Source of the DNA: Macrostomum lignano | Taxonomy: Eukaryota | NCBI GenBank assembly: GCA_002269645.1 | Contig: NIVC01000894.1 | Coordinates: 124,001 to 188,000, forward strand | Direction: 5' to 3' | DNA: 64,000 nucleotides | Part shown: one piece after another, positions 14,601 to 30,084 of the stretch | Layout of the letters: every line of letters starts with the position of its first letter | Position numbering within the stretch: position 1 is the stretch's first letter | Made by a program: the position numbers and the translations under genes | Notes under the pieces: generated by a model | The model's database searches: none | What the model was told of the DNA's origin: nothing | The model's input: the letters and a program-made list of their open reading frames with translations, nothing else

Positions 14601-14954
14601 AATGCCTTGGAATTTCAAGCACCCATTTCTAGGGTGGCTAGCTTTTCTAACTACAAAAAAGCAAAATTTCTAGAAAGAATCGGGCACAGACAGAAGTAAG
14701 TTGACACGAGGACAAATAATATCGAGCATCAAAGGAACTAAAATGACAATAATAAACGGACAGAAGCTATCAGAGCAGACATTGAAAGCTGAAATAAACG
14801 CCGACAAAATATCAGTATTGTTTTTCCTTTGGTATTTTTTATGTTGTCGCAACGAAATACCCCCAGACTGCCTACTTTGCTGGCAAGTAGAGAGTAGCGC
14901 TGGCGCATAACTACTCGTGTGAGTATCGGATAACTATTGTAAGTAAATTGTGAC

Positions 14955-16333
<1,379 letters not shown>

Positions 16334-19300
16334 GAACAAATCCTTTAGCACCGTAGACGGACCTGAGAGATCTCTAGCTGCTAAAAGCACGCCTCAGTCA
16401 ACGGCTCAGGAAATGGAAGAAAAACAAGCTCTAGTTCAGTCAGAAAACGCAGACGCAAAAGCAGAATTTTTGCTATGCCAGATAAGTTCATGGAAATTTG
16501 CTCCCGCATTCAGAGTGGAATTATTGAAACAATTTCTTTGGAATTCGCCACTGCAAACCGTCTTCGCATTCGACAGGAAATTGAATTCTGCATTATTCAG
16601 CTAATGAAAACAGAAGCAGAAACAGCCGCTTTTAGTCCTGAGGGGTTCCGCTAAAAAATGCCTCTCTATAGGGCTGCGGAAGTACGCAAATATGGCTCCC
16701 ATCCTGCACATTTTACGCATGGTCTCGAAAGTTTATTTAAATACTGCCAGTTACCAACGTACCCAAGGAGCTGTAGAATAGAGTCCACTGATAATATTGC
16801 ACAAAGCTGTATTGTACTTCTTTCCTAAAAATTACTTTTATTTTGAATTCTCTTCTTGTCTCATTTTCTCCGCTCTCCTATCTCACCCTCTCCTATCTCA
16901 CCCTCTCCTATCTCACCCTCTCGTATCTCACCCTCTCCTATCTCACTCTCTCCTATCTCACTCTCTCCTATCTCACTCTTTCTTATTTCACCTTCCCCTA
17001 TCCCTCAATCTCCCATCTCAACCTTCGATCTTATCTCACCCTATCCTATCTCCCTCTTTCCTATCTCACCCTCTCCTATCTCACCCTCTTCTATCTCATC
17101 CTCTCATATCTCACCCTCTCATATCTCATCCTCTCATATCTTACCCTCTCCTATCTCACCTTCTCCTATCTCACCCTCTCGTATCTCACCCTCTCCTATC
17201 TCAACCTCTCCTATCTCACCCTCTCCTATCTCACCTTCTCCTATCTAACCTTCTCATATCTCACCCTCTCCTATCTCACCTTCTCCTATCTCACCCTCTC
17301 GTATCTCACCTTCTCCTATCTCACCCTCTCCTATCTCACTATCTCCTATGTCACCCACTCCTATCTAACCTTCTCCTATCTCACCCTCTCGTATCTCACC
17401 CTCTCGTATCTCACCCTCTCGTATCTCACCCTCTTCTATCTCACCCTCTCCTATCTCACCCTCTCCTATCTCACCTTCTCCTATCTCACCCTCTCCTATC
17501 TCACCCTCTCCTATCTAACCTTCTACTATCTCACCATCTCCCCTCTCCTACTGTCTCACCCCTTTTTCTTACCCATGACTGTTTGATTTTTTTCACAATT
17601 AATGTCTCCCTCTCTCCAGTTCCTGCCGCCTCTAATCTATCCTCTACATCTGCACACAGCAATCTCCCTATAGACAAAAATGTTTTTAACACCCGGCCAA
17701 CATGATTGAGTCCGGCTTCTTCTAAAAAGCAGCATTGAATGAATAATTGATGAATTTGCAATTAGTGGCTAAGTGTTGCTGCTTTCTGCTGCTAAAAAGC
17801 AAAATTGCTTGAAACTGTACGATCGTACTTAAAATGACAGAACGTTCTAGATTTTATTCTCCGTGAAGGCTCTAAGTGCTTGTCTCTGCCTCTTGTGTTC
17901 CTCTTCATCTGATTGCAGTGGCAACATATTTTGACTTTGACAAGGGCGGCTGAATCTAAAGAGGGGTTGAGAAACCATTCTTACGCAGATCAAGGATGCA
18001 TTGTGACCGCTCTGCTTTTCTAGCTATGGAATTCTGCCACAGTCTACTTGAGCCTCTCTACTTCTCTCCCTCTCAACTTCTCTCCCACTCTACTTCTCTC
18101 TTTCTACTTCTCTCCCTCTCTACTTCTCTCCCTCTCTACTTCTCTCCCTCTCTAATTCTCTCCCTCTCTACTTCTCTCTCTCTCTCTACTTCTCTCCCTC
18201 TCTACTTTTTTCCCTCTTCTTCTCTCCCTCTCTACTTCTCTCCCTCTCTACTTCTCTCTCTCTCTAGTTCTCTCCCTCTATACTTCTCTACTTATCTCCC
18301 TCTCTACTTCTCTCCCTCTCAACTTCTTTCCCACTCTACTTCTCTCTCTACTTCTCTCCCTCTCTACTTCTCTTCCTCTCTACTTCTCTCCCTCTCTACT
18401 TCTCTCCCTCTCTACTTCTCTCCCTCTCTACTTCTCTCCCTCTCTACCTATCTCCCTCTCTACTTCTCTCCCTCTCTACTTCTCTCCCACTCTAATTCTC
18501 TCCCTCTCTACTCCTCTACTTGTCGTCTTCTTTGCTTGTTTCTCTCTCTAAGTCTCTCCCTCTTTACTTCTCTCCCTCTCTACTTCTCTCTCTCACTCTA
18601 CTTCTCTCTGTCTCTACTTCTCTCCCAAATTCTTCACTTCTTTTTCTACTCTTCCTCTCTGCAGTTCTCCCGTTCTCCACTTTTTTCTCCCTCTGTCCCA
18701 AAGGGCATGCAGTCACAGTCAGAACAGCCCATCAAAACTTGAGCCATTATGTAAACTGACTATTCTAAAGATTATTTCCACTCCAATGTAGATGTCAATC
18801 ATGAGCTACTAGAATAGCTAGTCCTTTAACAGAAAAGTTATTCTACGACTTTGCATTGAAATTCAACCAGCAAATTGTTCACCTCACACAGCGATCAGGC
18901 CTTTGGGGTAAACTTTGTAAAAAATTGGCATCTCCACCCAGCTTGTGACGTCATCAAAGTCGGAGGCTTGTACAATTATTTTTTCTGCCCAAAAAGCCCC
19001 CAGGCGGCTCAGAATGCGGCTCTGAACCTCGCTATGGGATGTGGGAAGCGTGGGGTTGGGGACACTCAGGTCTAGAACGGATTATCTCCCTTGTGAATCT
19101 TCTCTTTTTTTCTGCTAGTCTTGAGTCTTCAGGTCCGCCGCATCACCCGTGCTTCCTGTTACTCTGCCGCACTCACAAAAGCAGGCTCTGAGTGGGGTTA
19201 GCTGGATGAGTAATAACAAAGTCTTTGACGAGAGCAAAGCGTGCAGCTCTGCCCAGCCTCTCAGTCTGAATGATTGCTCGATCCGCTGACCTCACGGGTG

Positions 19301-19605
19301 CTCAGCAATCAACTTTGTCCCGCTCGGTAATTTTTACTCGTCATCTCAACTTGCTCATCGGGGCAGTTCCGCTCTGCCCGCTTCCTTTTGGTGGCTTGGG
19401 AAGAAAGGGAAGAGATTAATGAGGGCTGAGATGTGATGAGGAGTTGGGAAAAATTTCGTATAGTTTTTTGTTCTGAGCAATCGTGACTTTTTGATCAAGT
19501 TTGGCTACTCTGCTGCGATAATAAAACTGCTGCTTTGCATGAGAAATTGATTTTTTACCACGAGATTTGCATGGACAGATGGATCCGTTAGTCAGTTAGC
19601 CACTA

Positions 19606-20876
<1,271 letters not shown>

Positions 20877-20899
20877 CCCTATCCGCCCTCCCATTGCAG

Positions 20900-21033
20900 A
20901 CGCGCAACACCCTGACTACTCCCGCATGAGCAATCTGATCACCGGGTCAGCAGTTGCCATGCCAACCGTGGCCGCAGTTGCCAGCCTGACGTGTCTCAGC
21001 CTGCTGCTCATTACAGTCGAGCATGTTACCTGA
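20900..21033 (+). CDS. Duplicated GPI-signal-like terminal exon (orphan or alternative last exon)
   Basis: Same acceptor and frame as 11488-11621; reads ...MPTVAAVASLTCLSLLLITVEHVT*. Confidence 0.4.
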
Positions 21034-23858
21034 ATCTCCCATTGTTGTGCAGCACCGAATTTTGTTTGCCTGGAAGTTACGCAATCAAGTATGACATTAT
21101 TATTGTTCCCCCAGACTCGTATTGAACCTTGACAAATCGTCACTTTGCTGTCATCCTAATCTATTTGCGTCCCTTAAAGGGCAGCTCACAAAGGAAAGCT
21201 TAACAGATGAGAGCTTCGCTCTTTACCGCTTAGTTTGCCAGTCCCTGTTCTGTTGCTTTGTCTTTCAATTGCGAATTAGTTTTTTAAATTCAAAAACATA
21301 ATTAACAACTGTTTTGGATTGCGATATTGGCAGATTGTGTCAAGAGATCAATATCTTTGGTAGAAACTTATTTTCTCCTTTTCTCCTTCCATCTTTTGGA
21401 ACCCACTGTCTATCCTTCTGAGCGCTAATTGGCCGGCGCGAAAGTGTACTTAGCAGCTTTCTCTATCCTATGGGGACGGACTGTCTACCCTTCCTCAATT
21501 CTAATTGGCCGGCGCGGGGTGTACTTAGCAGCTTTATCTTTCCATCCCTGGGAACGAAATCTCTGTCCTTCCTCGATTCTTATTGGCTGAGGTTGGGGTT
21601 ACTTTAATTGGTAAGATAAACCCTTTCAACGCCCTCTCTATCCCTCCTCTATGCTAATTGGCTGGCAATTGGTGTGAACATATATTTTCTTCGCCCACTA
21701 TCCTTTGCTACACTCTTGAATCGTACAAATTACTATGGGTTTTTGCCCCGAAATATAGGCATAATTTTCTGTTTTTCAGCACCCAATGGACAATACTTTT
21801 CAATTAAAAAATGGGATAGTCCCAGTTTCATTCATAAGATTGTAGAAACACAAGTAGTGGATAACACAGCAATCTGTCAGTTAAGTAATCGAATTAATTT
21901 TAAAATATATTCATGCGAATGATTTTGTTAATACCCATTTTGTTTCCTTCAAATCTGTCTGCCTCCTTTAAGCAGCTTTCATAGAGAAATCCACATTGTA
22001 CAGCTTTATATAGTGGCCATTATGAGCTGCATCTGCAAGCAAATACAAAAACGTAATGATGTTAAAGTTATTTGCCGAATCAACATGCATGAGATATAAT
22101 AAAGTGGAATAATCGACATTTTGTTAAATAGCAATTTTTCGTTGCTTGTTCCTTAATATTGGAGTTTGTTTCTAGAGTTACTACTTTCAACACTGAGAAA
22201 CAGTTGATTTATCCTAGTTGGATCATTTAGATATTAATGAGAATGCTGTTACATAACCGTTTTGTTGAGTATAAAAGTAGAAGTCATGGACAACTCAAGC
22301 AGAATTGGGTGCAAAACTCTCGAAAATCGTGCAAAATCCTATGAAGCCCGCGTTTTTTCCTTAAACTTTAAAAGGGTAACTTACAGCAATGGCCGAACGC
22401 GTAAGTGCTTACGTGCTTATGTATTTATAAGTAAACAAATCCAAACAAAAAATTTCTAGCTACTTTACTTTCAGTATAGTAGAGAAGGAAAATATGCTAA
22501 ATTATAAAAACGGAGATGTACTCGATGCTCTACTTAGTATTTTTAATTGGAATTTGGAATCAGTCGCAGCATAGTCAGCACGTATCACATCACATCCCTG
22601 AAAAGGAAATCACAGGTAAATGTAAAAGCACTCATCAACGATTCAAGTATAGTAAGATGAGACACATCGTTTCTTAGAATCGTTTTTGTTGAATGAGTTT
22701 CTGAGACAAATCTGGTCTATGGAGTATATGCTAATTTCCATTATTCCATTTTACCATACCGGTAAAATATAAACAAAATTGAAAATATCGAGCACTTGGT
22801 CAAGAAATTAGAAGTAGCTCTATAGTTAAATGGTTATTAATCTATTGTATTTTTTACAATAGTATTTGTTGAGGCTACACGTCGGTATACTGACAATAAG
22901 TCAATATCTCTCACCGATGTGATGAAGTTTTTATCACGTGAGTTGAAAATCAAAAAAGAGACTAATTACGCTGTACATTTATAGTACATAAAAACAATTT
23001 TTTATTGACATTTGTTTATCGATTGTTATCGACAATCGCTTTGTTTATTTGCTTTAAATAATACATTTTCGTTGTTTTGGGCTCGTAGGCTGTGAAGCAT
23101 TCGCACAAAGACTACGGCTGGACAAAGATTGAAAATATTAAAAAATTAAATGTTTAAATCAAAATTTAAATTGAAATATTCAATATAAAAAAACTTTTTT
23201 TCATGTTGTTAATAAAACAAAACGGTGCAAAGAATTGGCAGTTCAATAAATTAACTTGGAATGTCTTTCTTCTTGCGGCACTGTAGGGACTTGGACGTTT
23301 GACAGTTAATATTGTTGTTTCTTGTAAATAAAAATACAAAAATGACTAATGATGACATAAAAACAGATATATAATGGCCCACAGACTTCGAGTACAGCTT
23401 GGAATTCCAAAGTGTTTTTGAGAGAATTTTCATACTCCTTTTGGGATTTCAGATACAATTATGATACCCATGCATTTTTGGAATTTGAGATACCACCCGA
23501 TACCAATGCCTTGGAACTTCAAGCACCCATTTTTAGGGTGGCTAGCTTTTGTAACTACAAAAAAGCAAAATTTCTAGAAAGAATCGGGCACAGACAGAAG
23601 TAAGTTGACACGAGGATAAATAATATCGAACATCAAAGGAACTAAAATGACAATAATAAACGGACAGAAGTTATCAGAGCAGACATTGAAAGCTGAAATA
23701 AACGCCGACAAAATATCAGTATTGTTTTTCCTTTGGTATTTTTAATGCTGTCGCAACGAAATACCCCCAGACTGCCTACTTTGCTGGCAAGTAGAGAGTA
23801 GCGCTGGCGCATAACTACTCGTGTGAGTATCGGATAACTATTGTAAGTAAATTGTGAC

Positions 23859-24710
23859 TCAACCAGGTGGGAGTGCAGCGGATTCGGCCACCGCCCGTCG
23901 AAAGTAGTCGATGAGCCGTCCGAGGCCGAGCAGGTAATTCTCGTCTGGAGCGGCTGCTGTAGCCATCGCTGCAGCTGTCGCAGCAGCAGCGGGAGTGGCG
24001 TGGGCGAAGTCCACCATTCTGACCACCACTCCGAGCTCGTCGGCTTGGGTTGGCGCCGACTCGTAGGCGATGAGCAGCGAGCTGGCGTAGAACAGATAGA
24101 TCCTCTGCTCAGTGAACCAAGCTCGCAGCTGCTCCAGCTGGCGAACTATTTCTGTCGCAACCCGACAGATTCGACTTGAGCTGCCAGCTGGCTCAAGGAA
24201 CGGTAGAAACCCTTTGGCGAAGACGCCCTCCTCATTTAGCGAGCGGCCGTGCATGATGGAGTAATACCTGGCCTTCTTACCTGGCGGGAACACTTTAAAG
24301 CCTGTTATGATGAAGCCCAGCTTCTCCCGGTGCGCGTACATTGCCCTCTGTAGCAGGTGCTTGGAGGCCGGCGCACCAGGCGGGGTAGACCGGCCGCCCA
24401 TCTTGCAGTCCATCACGCAGGGCCGTCGGAGACCCCGCAGCAGGTCCTCCATGCCGATGTAGAACCTGCCAGTACTTGAGTGGCGGAACAGCCCCCAGTA
24501 GCGCGGCAGGAAGGCGGCCAGACGTTCGATCAGCGGCTCCCCTGGACACCTGGACGCCACCCGGTAGAAGTCGACCTCCTGCCAGCCTTTGGGCTCGCGC
24601 TGCACCGGTTTGAAGAGAATTCCCCGACCGTCGGAGAGGATTCTGGCCTTCTCGCCGCACAACAGGCCGTGCCCGCCCACCTGGTGAGCGTAGCTGGCCA
24701 GCCCGAGCGG
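23859..24710 (-). CDS. IPMK: Inositol polyphosphate multikinase (IPK family); start codon unresolved
   Basis: IPK motifs in order: SYAHQVGGH, EVDFY, EDLLRGLRRPCVMDCKMG (PxxxDxKxG), YASSLLIAY, MVDFAH, DENYLLGLGRLI. Frame stays open upstream to 25187 with no ATG. Subfamily call (IPMK versus IP6K/ITPK) is by overall pattern only. Confidence 0.85.
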   Translation of the reverse strand, partial: PLGLASYAHQVGGHGLLCGEKARILSDGRGILFKPVQREPKGWQEVDFYRVASRCPGEPLIERLAAFLPRYWGLFRHSSTGRFYIGMEDLLRGLRRPCVMDCKMGGRSTPPGAPASKHLLQRAMYAHREKLGFIITGFKVFPPGKKARYYSIMHGRSLNEEGVFAKGFLPFLEPAGSSSRICRVATEIVRQLEQLRAWFTEQRIYLFYASSLLIAYESAPTQADELGVVVRMVDFAHATPAAAATAAAMATAAAPDENYLLGLGRLIDYFRRAVAESAALPPG

Positions 24711-25254
24711 CAGCGGTCGCCAACGACGCCACTGACCGCCGCAGAGCCCGCAGACTGCGCATATATCGTCAGTATTGTCGGATTCCTGATTGTTGACATC
24801 GCTGAAGCCACCGATGCTGCTGCAGCAGCCGCCACCACCGACGCCCTCACCGCCGACGCCGCTAATTCTTTCGCCAAGGCTGCTGCATCGATCTTTTTCG
24901 ACATCCTCGGACTGTTTCTGACGGCTGCCGTTGCGCTGGTTGCGAAGTTGTCGCAGATTTCGATGGCAACTATGACTGTGGTGGCTGTGGCGGCGGCGGA
25001 CGCCGCTGCAGCAGCAGTGGAACAGCTCGAAGAGCGGCAGCGTTTCGGTAGCAGCGGCTGGCCGCCTGCTGCGACACTGCGACGGTTCAACAACGGGATG
25101 AATTTTGTAGCAAATTCGAAGAAAGACGCGGAGACAGAAACCAGGTCCAGGTAAAATGGAGCTGAAGATTTTTTCAGAGCTCAGCGCTCACTCAGCCCCA
25201 CCAGTGCCGCTTTGGACCAGCACTGGTCTACCGAGACGGCGAGCAGCAGGAATT

Positions 25255-25289
<35 letters not shown>

Positions 25290-26879
25290 GGGAGAGGAGG
25301 GAAACTGCAGAGAAAAAAGCATTTTTTGTTCGTTGCACGCCGCTCCGATCTGGAGTCAAAATCTGCCCAGCCAGACCCTACGCCGCGCTTTCGTCCTTCC
25401 CTTCTACCTAAGCAGAGCTTGGCAGGTAGCTTCGGCCCCTACTCCTCACCACCTCCCCCTGATTCCCTTCTCCATTTCTATCCTGAGTTACAACAAGCTC
25501 TATGCAATCGTAGACCGCGCTAGATTGCAGCTGCTTGAGGGTGAACCGACCAAAAATCCTACTCCCCCATCCCGCAAATGAAATGTACGGACTCTGTATG
25601 CTGCCTCGGAGAGAGGGATAGAGATTATCACCGCTCCCCCCCCCCCAGCTGCAACGCCCGCCTCTCTGTCGCCTCATCCCCCGGTACATCCACCTGTGAT
25701 TTAGCCCGATGCGAGTCAGTCGTCGGTCACCAATGACAACCTACCAGCTGTTCCGCTAGTTTGTCTACTCCTGAGCTCAACGCTTCCGCGCCTGTCTCTG
25801 GGTTCGGAGCGACTGTGTTTATAATGAAATCGTAGACCAGATTTTCTCCTCTGTCTGCAAAGCGCCAAAACGAGGCAAGATTAGAGGAGGCGAAGTGGCG
25901 AGGAAGGCCTGAGGGTAGATAACACTGTGCAAATGAGAAGCGCATGCAAGCATACAGGCAGATGCGGGTAGTTAGCGGATGCTGGGTGCACGAGCTGGAA
26001 GAAGCAAAAAGAGACCGAACTAATCTGGGCTGATTGTAGCTTTCAACATCTTCATTTTGTTCTTCTCTGCAGCGTCTACAGCTGCAGTCATTTCTCGAAA
26101 TTAATTTTTTTCTGTCTTTCTTAATCCCGAGACTTAAAAGCTCTTTCTGTTTCCCAACGCCTCGCCCTTAAGCCTCAGCCTGAAGGCCTAGCCGCCTCTC
26201 CAGACAATCAAATCAGACAGGACTGCTCACGTTTCAACGCGTTGGCGCAAGAGCACAAGCTACAAGGAGACAAAGCTATATTGAAACAAAATGGCAGGAG
26301 TTGGGTGGCAGAATAGTAGAGCGCCCGACTAGCAGTAGAGAGAGAGAGAGAGAGATCAACCCCCACAGCACAGAGTGTGCACATGCACACTGCTTGGTCG
26401 ATGAGAGTTATCAAAATGCGTCTCAAAATTATCGTGAACTCACATCAAGCGATGAAGACTTCAGCTCGTTGGGCCAGCATCTGCCGCCGACACTCCATCA
26501 GACTCGACTCGACTCGAGAAGAGTCCAGGATTCGATGTCTGGGCCTCTGGTCGAACTTAGTCTGCTTGGGTATTCCGACTACGGGCCTTCTAGAATCCAC
26601 CGACACAGGCTCCCTACAGAGTCTCAAAGACTTAATCTTACTTGAAAAAGCTGCAGATAATTTTTGAGGTAGTTTGAGCCATAGACAATGTTATAAGAAT
26701 TCTTGGACTTTAGGTTAGGGAATAATTACTTCCTAGTTATTTTGATTTTTTGAAATTTTCATTGAATTTTCGTTTTAAACATATGTTTAATGAGATAAGT
26801 GAAATTTCTATCCATAACGTGCCATATAGGAGGACAAATAGATAGATTGGGAAAAACTTTTGCAAAAGGCCCGGGATTA

Positions 26880-27835
26880 AGGGCTCAAGGAGGGAGTTGC
26901 TGAGATGCTATGGCTCAAATAGGGAGTTTATGAGATGACAAGGCCCAATGAGGGAGTTTTTGAGATGCCAAGGCTCAAGGAGGTAGTTGTTGAGATGCCA
27001 AGGCTCAACCAAGGCTCAAGGAGAGTTTATGAGATGCCAAGGCTCGAGGTGGGAGTTGTTGAGATGCCAAGGCTCAACAAAGGCTCAAGGAGGGAGTTTA
27101 TGAGATGCCAAGGCTCGAGGAGGGAGTTTATGAGATGCCAAGGCTCGAGGTGGGAGTTGTTGAGATGCCAAGGCTCAACGAAGGCTCAAGGAGGGAGTTT
27201 ATGAGATGCCAAGGCTCAAGGAGGGAGTTTATGAGATGCCAAGGCTCAGGAATAGAGTTGCTGAGATGCCAAGGCTAACCAAGGCTCAAGGAGGGAGTTT
27301 ATGAGTTGCTGAGATGCTAAGGCTCAACCAAGGCTCATGGAGGGAGTTTATGAGTTGCTGAGATGCTAAGGCTCAACCAAGGCTCATGGAGGGAGTTTAT
27401 GAGTTGCCAAGGCTCAGGAAGAGAGTTGCTGAGATGCACAGGCTAACCAAGGCTCAAGGAGGGAGTTTATGAGTTGCTGAGATGCCAAGGCTCAACCAAG
27501 GCTCAAGGGGGGAGTTTATGAGTTGCTGAGATGCTAAGGCTCAACCAAGGCTCAAGGGGGGAGTTTATGAGTTGCTGAGATGCTAAGGCTCAACCAAGGC
27601 TCATGGAGGGAGTTTATGAGTTGCTGAGATGCCAAGGCTCAACCAAGGCTCAAGGGGGGAGTTTATGAGTTGCTGAGATGCTAAGGCTCAACCAAGGCTC
27701 AAGGGGGGAGTTTATGAGTTGCTGAGATGCTAAGGCTCAACCAAGGCTCATGGAGGGAGTTTATGAGTTGCCAAGGCTCAAGGAGAGAGTTGCCGCAATG
27801 TCAAGGCTCAAAGAGGGAGTTGCTGAGACGCCAAG
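26880..27835. repeat. Complex ~22-45 bp minisatellite (GAGATGCCAAGGCTCAAGGAGGGAGTTTAT)
   Basis: Direct observation. Confidence 0.9.
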
Positions 27836-28350
27836 GTAAGTGAGAACAGTCAAAGCAGTAATATCACTTTCACATGGTAATCTTCAAATATGTCATTAAA
27901 CAAGCTCTAAAATAAGCAATAAATTATTCACGCGAACTCAATTAATCTAAGAGTTATAGAAGTAGTTGAACTGCAAATTCCTGAGTCCAATTAGAATGTC
28001 AAATGAATTATTTATTGTTCAAACGAGCAGTACAGTTGGTCTCTAGGTTGTAAACTGTTTAAAAAAGTATTTTGCAAGCCTAATTAGGCAGGACCGGATA
28101 GAAACCGTATTTTTCACTACATGAGGCTCTAGCATCAGCGTATCAATGCTCAGAGCTTGCGTTTGAACTTCCTCAATAAAACACAAAATAAATGACGAGT
28201 CATAAACTAATTGCTCGCATATCATTTTAATAAGTATTGCTTGTACTATTCCGATGCCTTTTTCAGAAAGGTCTAAAAATTTTACTTCGAAAACTTTTAA
28301 ATTGAAGTCTGTAAAACCGATCGATGGCTCTTGATGAACTATTCAGCTCA

Positions 28351-29069
28351 GGGTGTTAAAAACAGTTCAAAGAACACTGTCGATAACTTTTGGGTTGTGG
28401 GGTTCATAGTTTTCACACTCAAATTCAACGATACTACTTTTTGTGAGTAGTTTATTCGAGCATCAAAAGTAACAATACGAGAGTTGTGCCATCAATCCTG
28501 AGCAGACGAACATGTACCTGCAAGATTATACAGCGGTAGCGCAGCTGCTCTGGTGTGCCAGCGACCCAGGCTCGATTCCAAGTGCAGCCACATTAATTTG
28601 GGGCTGGATTGGAATCTTGGCTTGGCTCGCTTGTGCAATTAACGGCCTTGAGAGCCAACCCCCCCCCCCCCAAGGCGCAGTGAAGTGTACATGCCTAACA
28701 ATTGATAAAGTTAGGGCCGCTGTACACTCCTGTGTGAGTGTGCATGTGCCTGCGTAACGTATCCGCGCGCTTGTATGCCTGCTCAGGGGAGTCGGCGGAA
28801 TGGGCAGTAATGCCTCTCGCCGGTTGTGTGCCAATGACGCTTAAATTGCGCCAGGGTGCACACAACCCCCCTGCCTCTAATAAAAAAAGGGTGTTAAAAA
28901 CAGTTCAAAGAACACTGTCGATAACTTTTGGGTTGTGGGGTTTATAGTTTTCACACTCAAATTCAACGATACTACTTTTTGTGAGTAGTTTATTCGAGAA
29001 TCAAAAGTAACAATACGAGAGTTGTGCCATCAATCCTGAGCAGACGAACATGTACCTCCAAGATTATAC
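28351..29069. repeat. 181-bp direct repeats (28351-28531 and 28889-29069) bracketing the SINE
   Basis: Three mismatches seen on manual alignment; repeats abut both SINE ends exactly. Confidence 0.92.
28532..28888 (+). mobile_element. tRNA-derived SINE with A-rich tail
   Basis: 5' head AGCGGTAGCGC...GGGCTCGATTCC resembles tRNA D-loop/A box and T-loop/B box; ends CCTCTAATAAAAAAA; two further copies in the window; flanked by 181-bp direct repeats. Confidence 0.7.
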
Positions 29070-29074
29070 TCGTA

Positions 29075-29410
29075 TTTACGACCTTAAATCACGCGCCCAT
29101 AGTGTAACTCACCGCAATGCAAAATTGAATCACGCGCCCATAGCGTGACTTATCACAATACGACCTTCAATCAGGCGCCCATAGCATGACTTATCACGAT
29201 ACGACCTTAAATCAGGCGCCCATTGCGTCTCTTATCACGATACGCCCTAAATCAGGCGCCCATTGCGTGACTTATCACGATACGACCTTAAATCAGGCGC
29301 CCATAGCGTGACTTATCACGATATGACCTTGAATCACGCGCCCATAGCGTGACTCATCATGATAGGACCTTAAATCACGCGCCCATAATGTGACTCATTA
29401 TGATAGGGCA
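29075..29410. repeat. 41-bp minisatellite (GGCGCCCATAGCGTGACTTATCACGATACGACCTTAAATCA)
   Basis: About 8 degenerate units, each with an internal CGTGA-CTTA-TCACG palindrome. Confidence 0.9.
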
Positions 29411-30084
29411 CTGAATCAGGCCGCGTGCCGCATGACAATACGCAGAGTTACATGTATCGGCAAAAAAGTTTCTTTTCTAATGCTAAAGCTAGCCACTGAG
29501 CTCTCGTACTCAATCATCTCGAATGTCAGAGATTGTGTCTTAAAGAGTGGTGCTTTTTCAATACTCTGACTTGCTACTAGAAAACCTACAGCATCATAAA
29601 ATACCAAGTTCACTTGAGCAAGGAAGAAGGCATCTTTGAAGCAGCGCGCTGCGATTCTTATCTTCAAGATTACATACTCTCTGCTTGGGCAGGGCAGCGT
29701 GGCAGGTCTCTGATTAAGCTAAGCAACCATGAGGAGACTGCATCTACAGCTAATCTAATTCACTAGACCCTCATTTGATTTTTTTCGGCAAACGCACTGA
29801 GCCAATCTCAATCCACAACTGTCAGTCAATCAGCTGCCAAGCCGCATGCTTCATCAATTTAGGGGCATGCACAAAGGTTTCATAGCTTGATTGACGAGAT
29901 GGGGCTTAATTATGGCCTGCTTGTTGTGGAGCAATTAATATGCGGTCGTATGGCAACGCTCAGTCTTCGTTTTACAACTTCATAATAGCATTTTTCCGAT
30001 ATGATTTAGATATTGTATTAACTAGATTAGCTGAGAAGCCAGCCAGTCAGTATCAGCTACCGTGTCCTCTTCGCGTCCTATTCC

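Noticed and set aside
24480-25154. 224 aa plus-strand Ala-rich ORF and 155 aa overlapping minus ORF
   Set aside because: Shadow frames of the GC-rich IPMK coding region
28532-28600. Possible tRNA gene
   Set aside because: 5' acceptor strand is missing and the arms pair poorly; it is the head of a repeated A-tailed element
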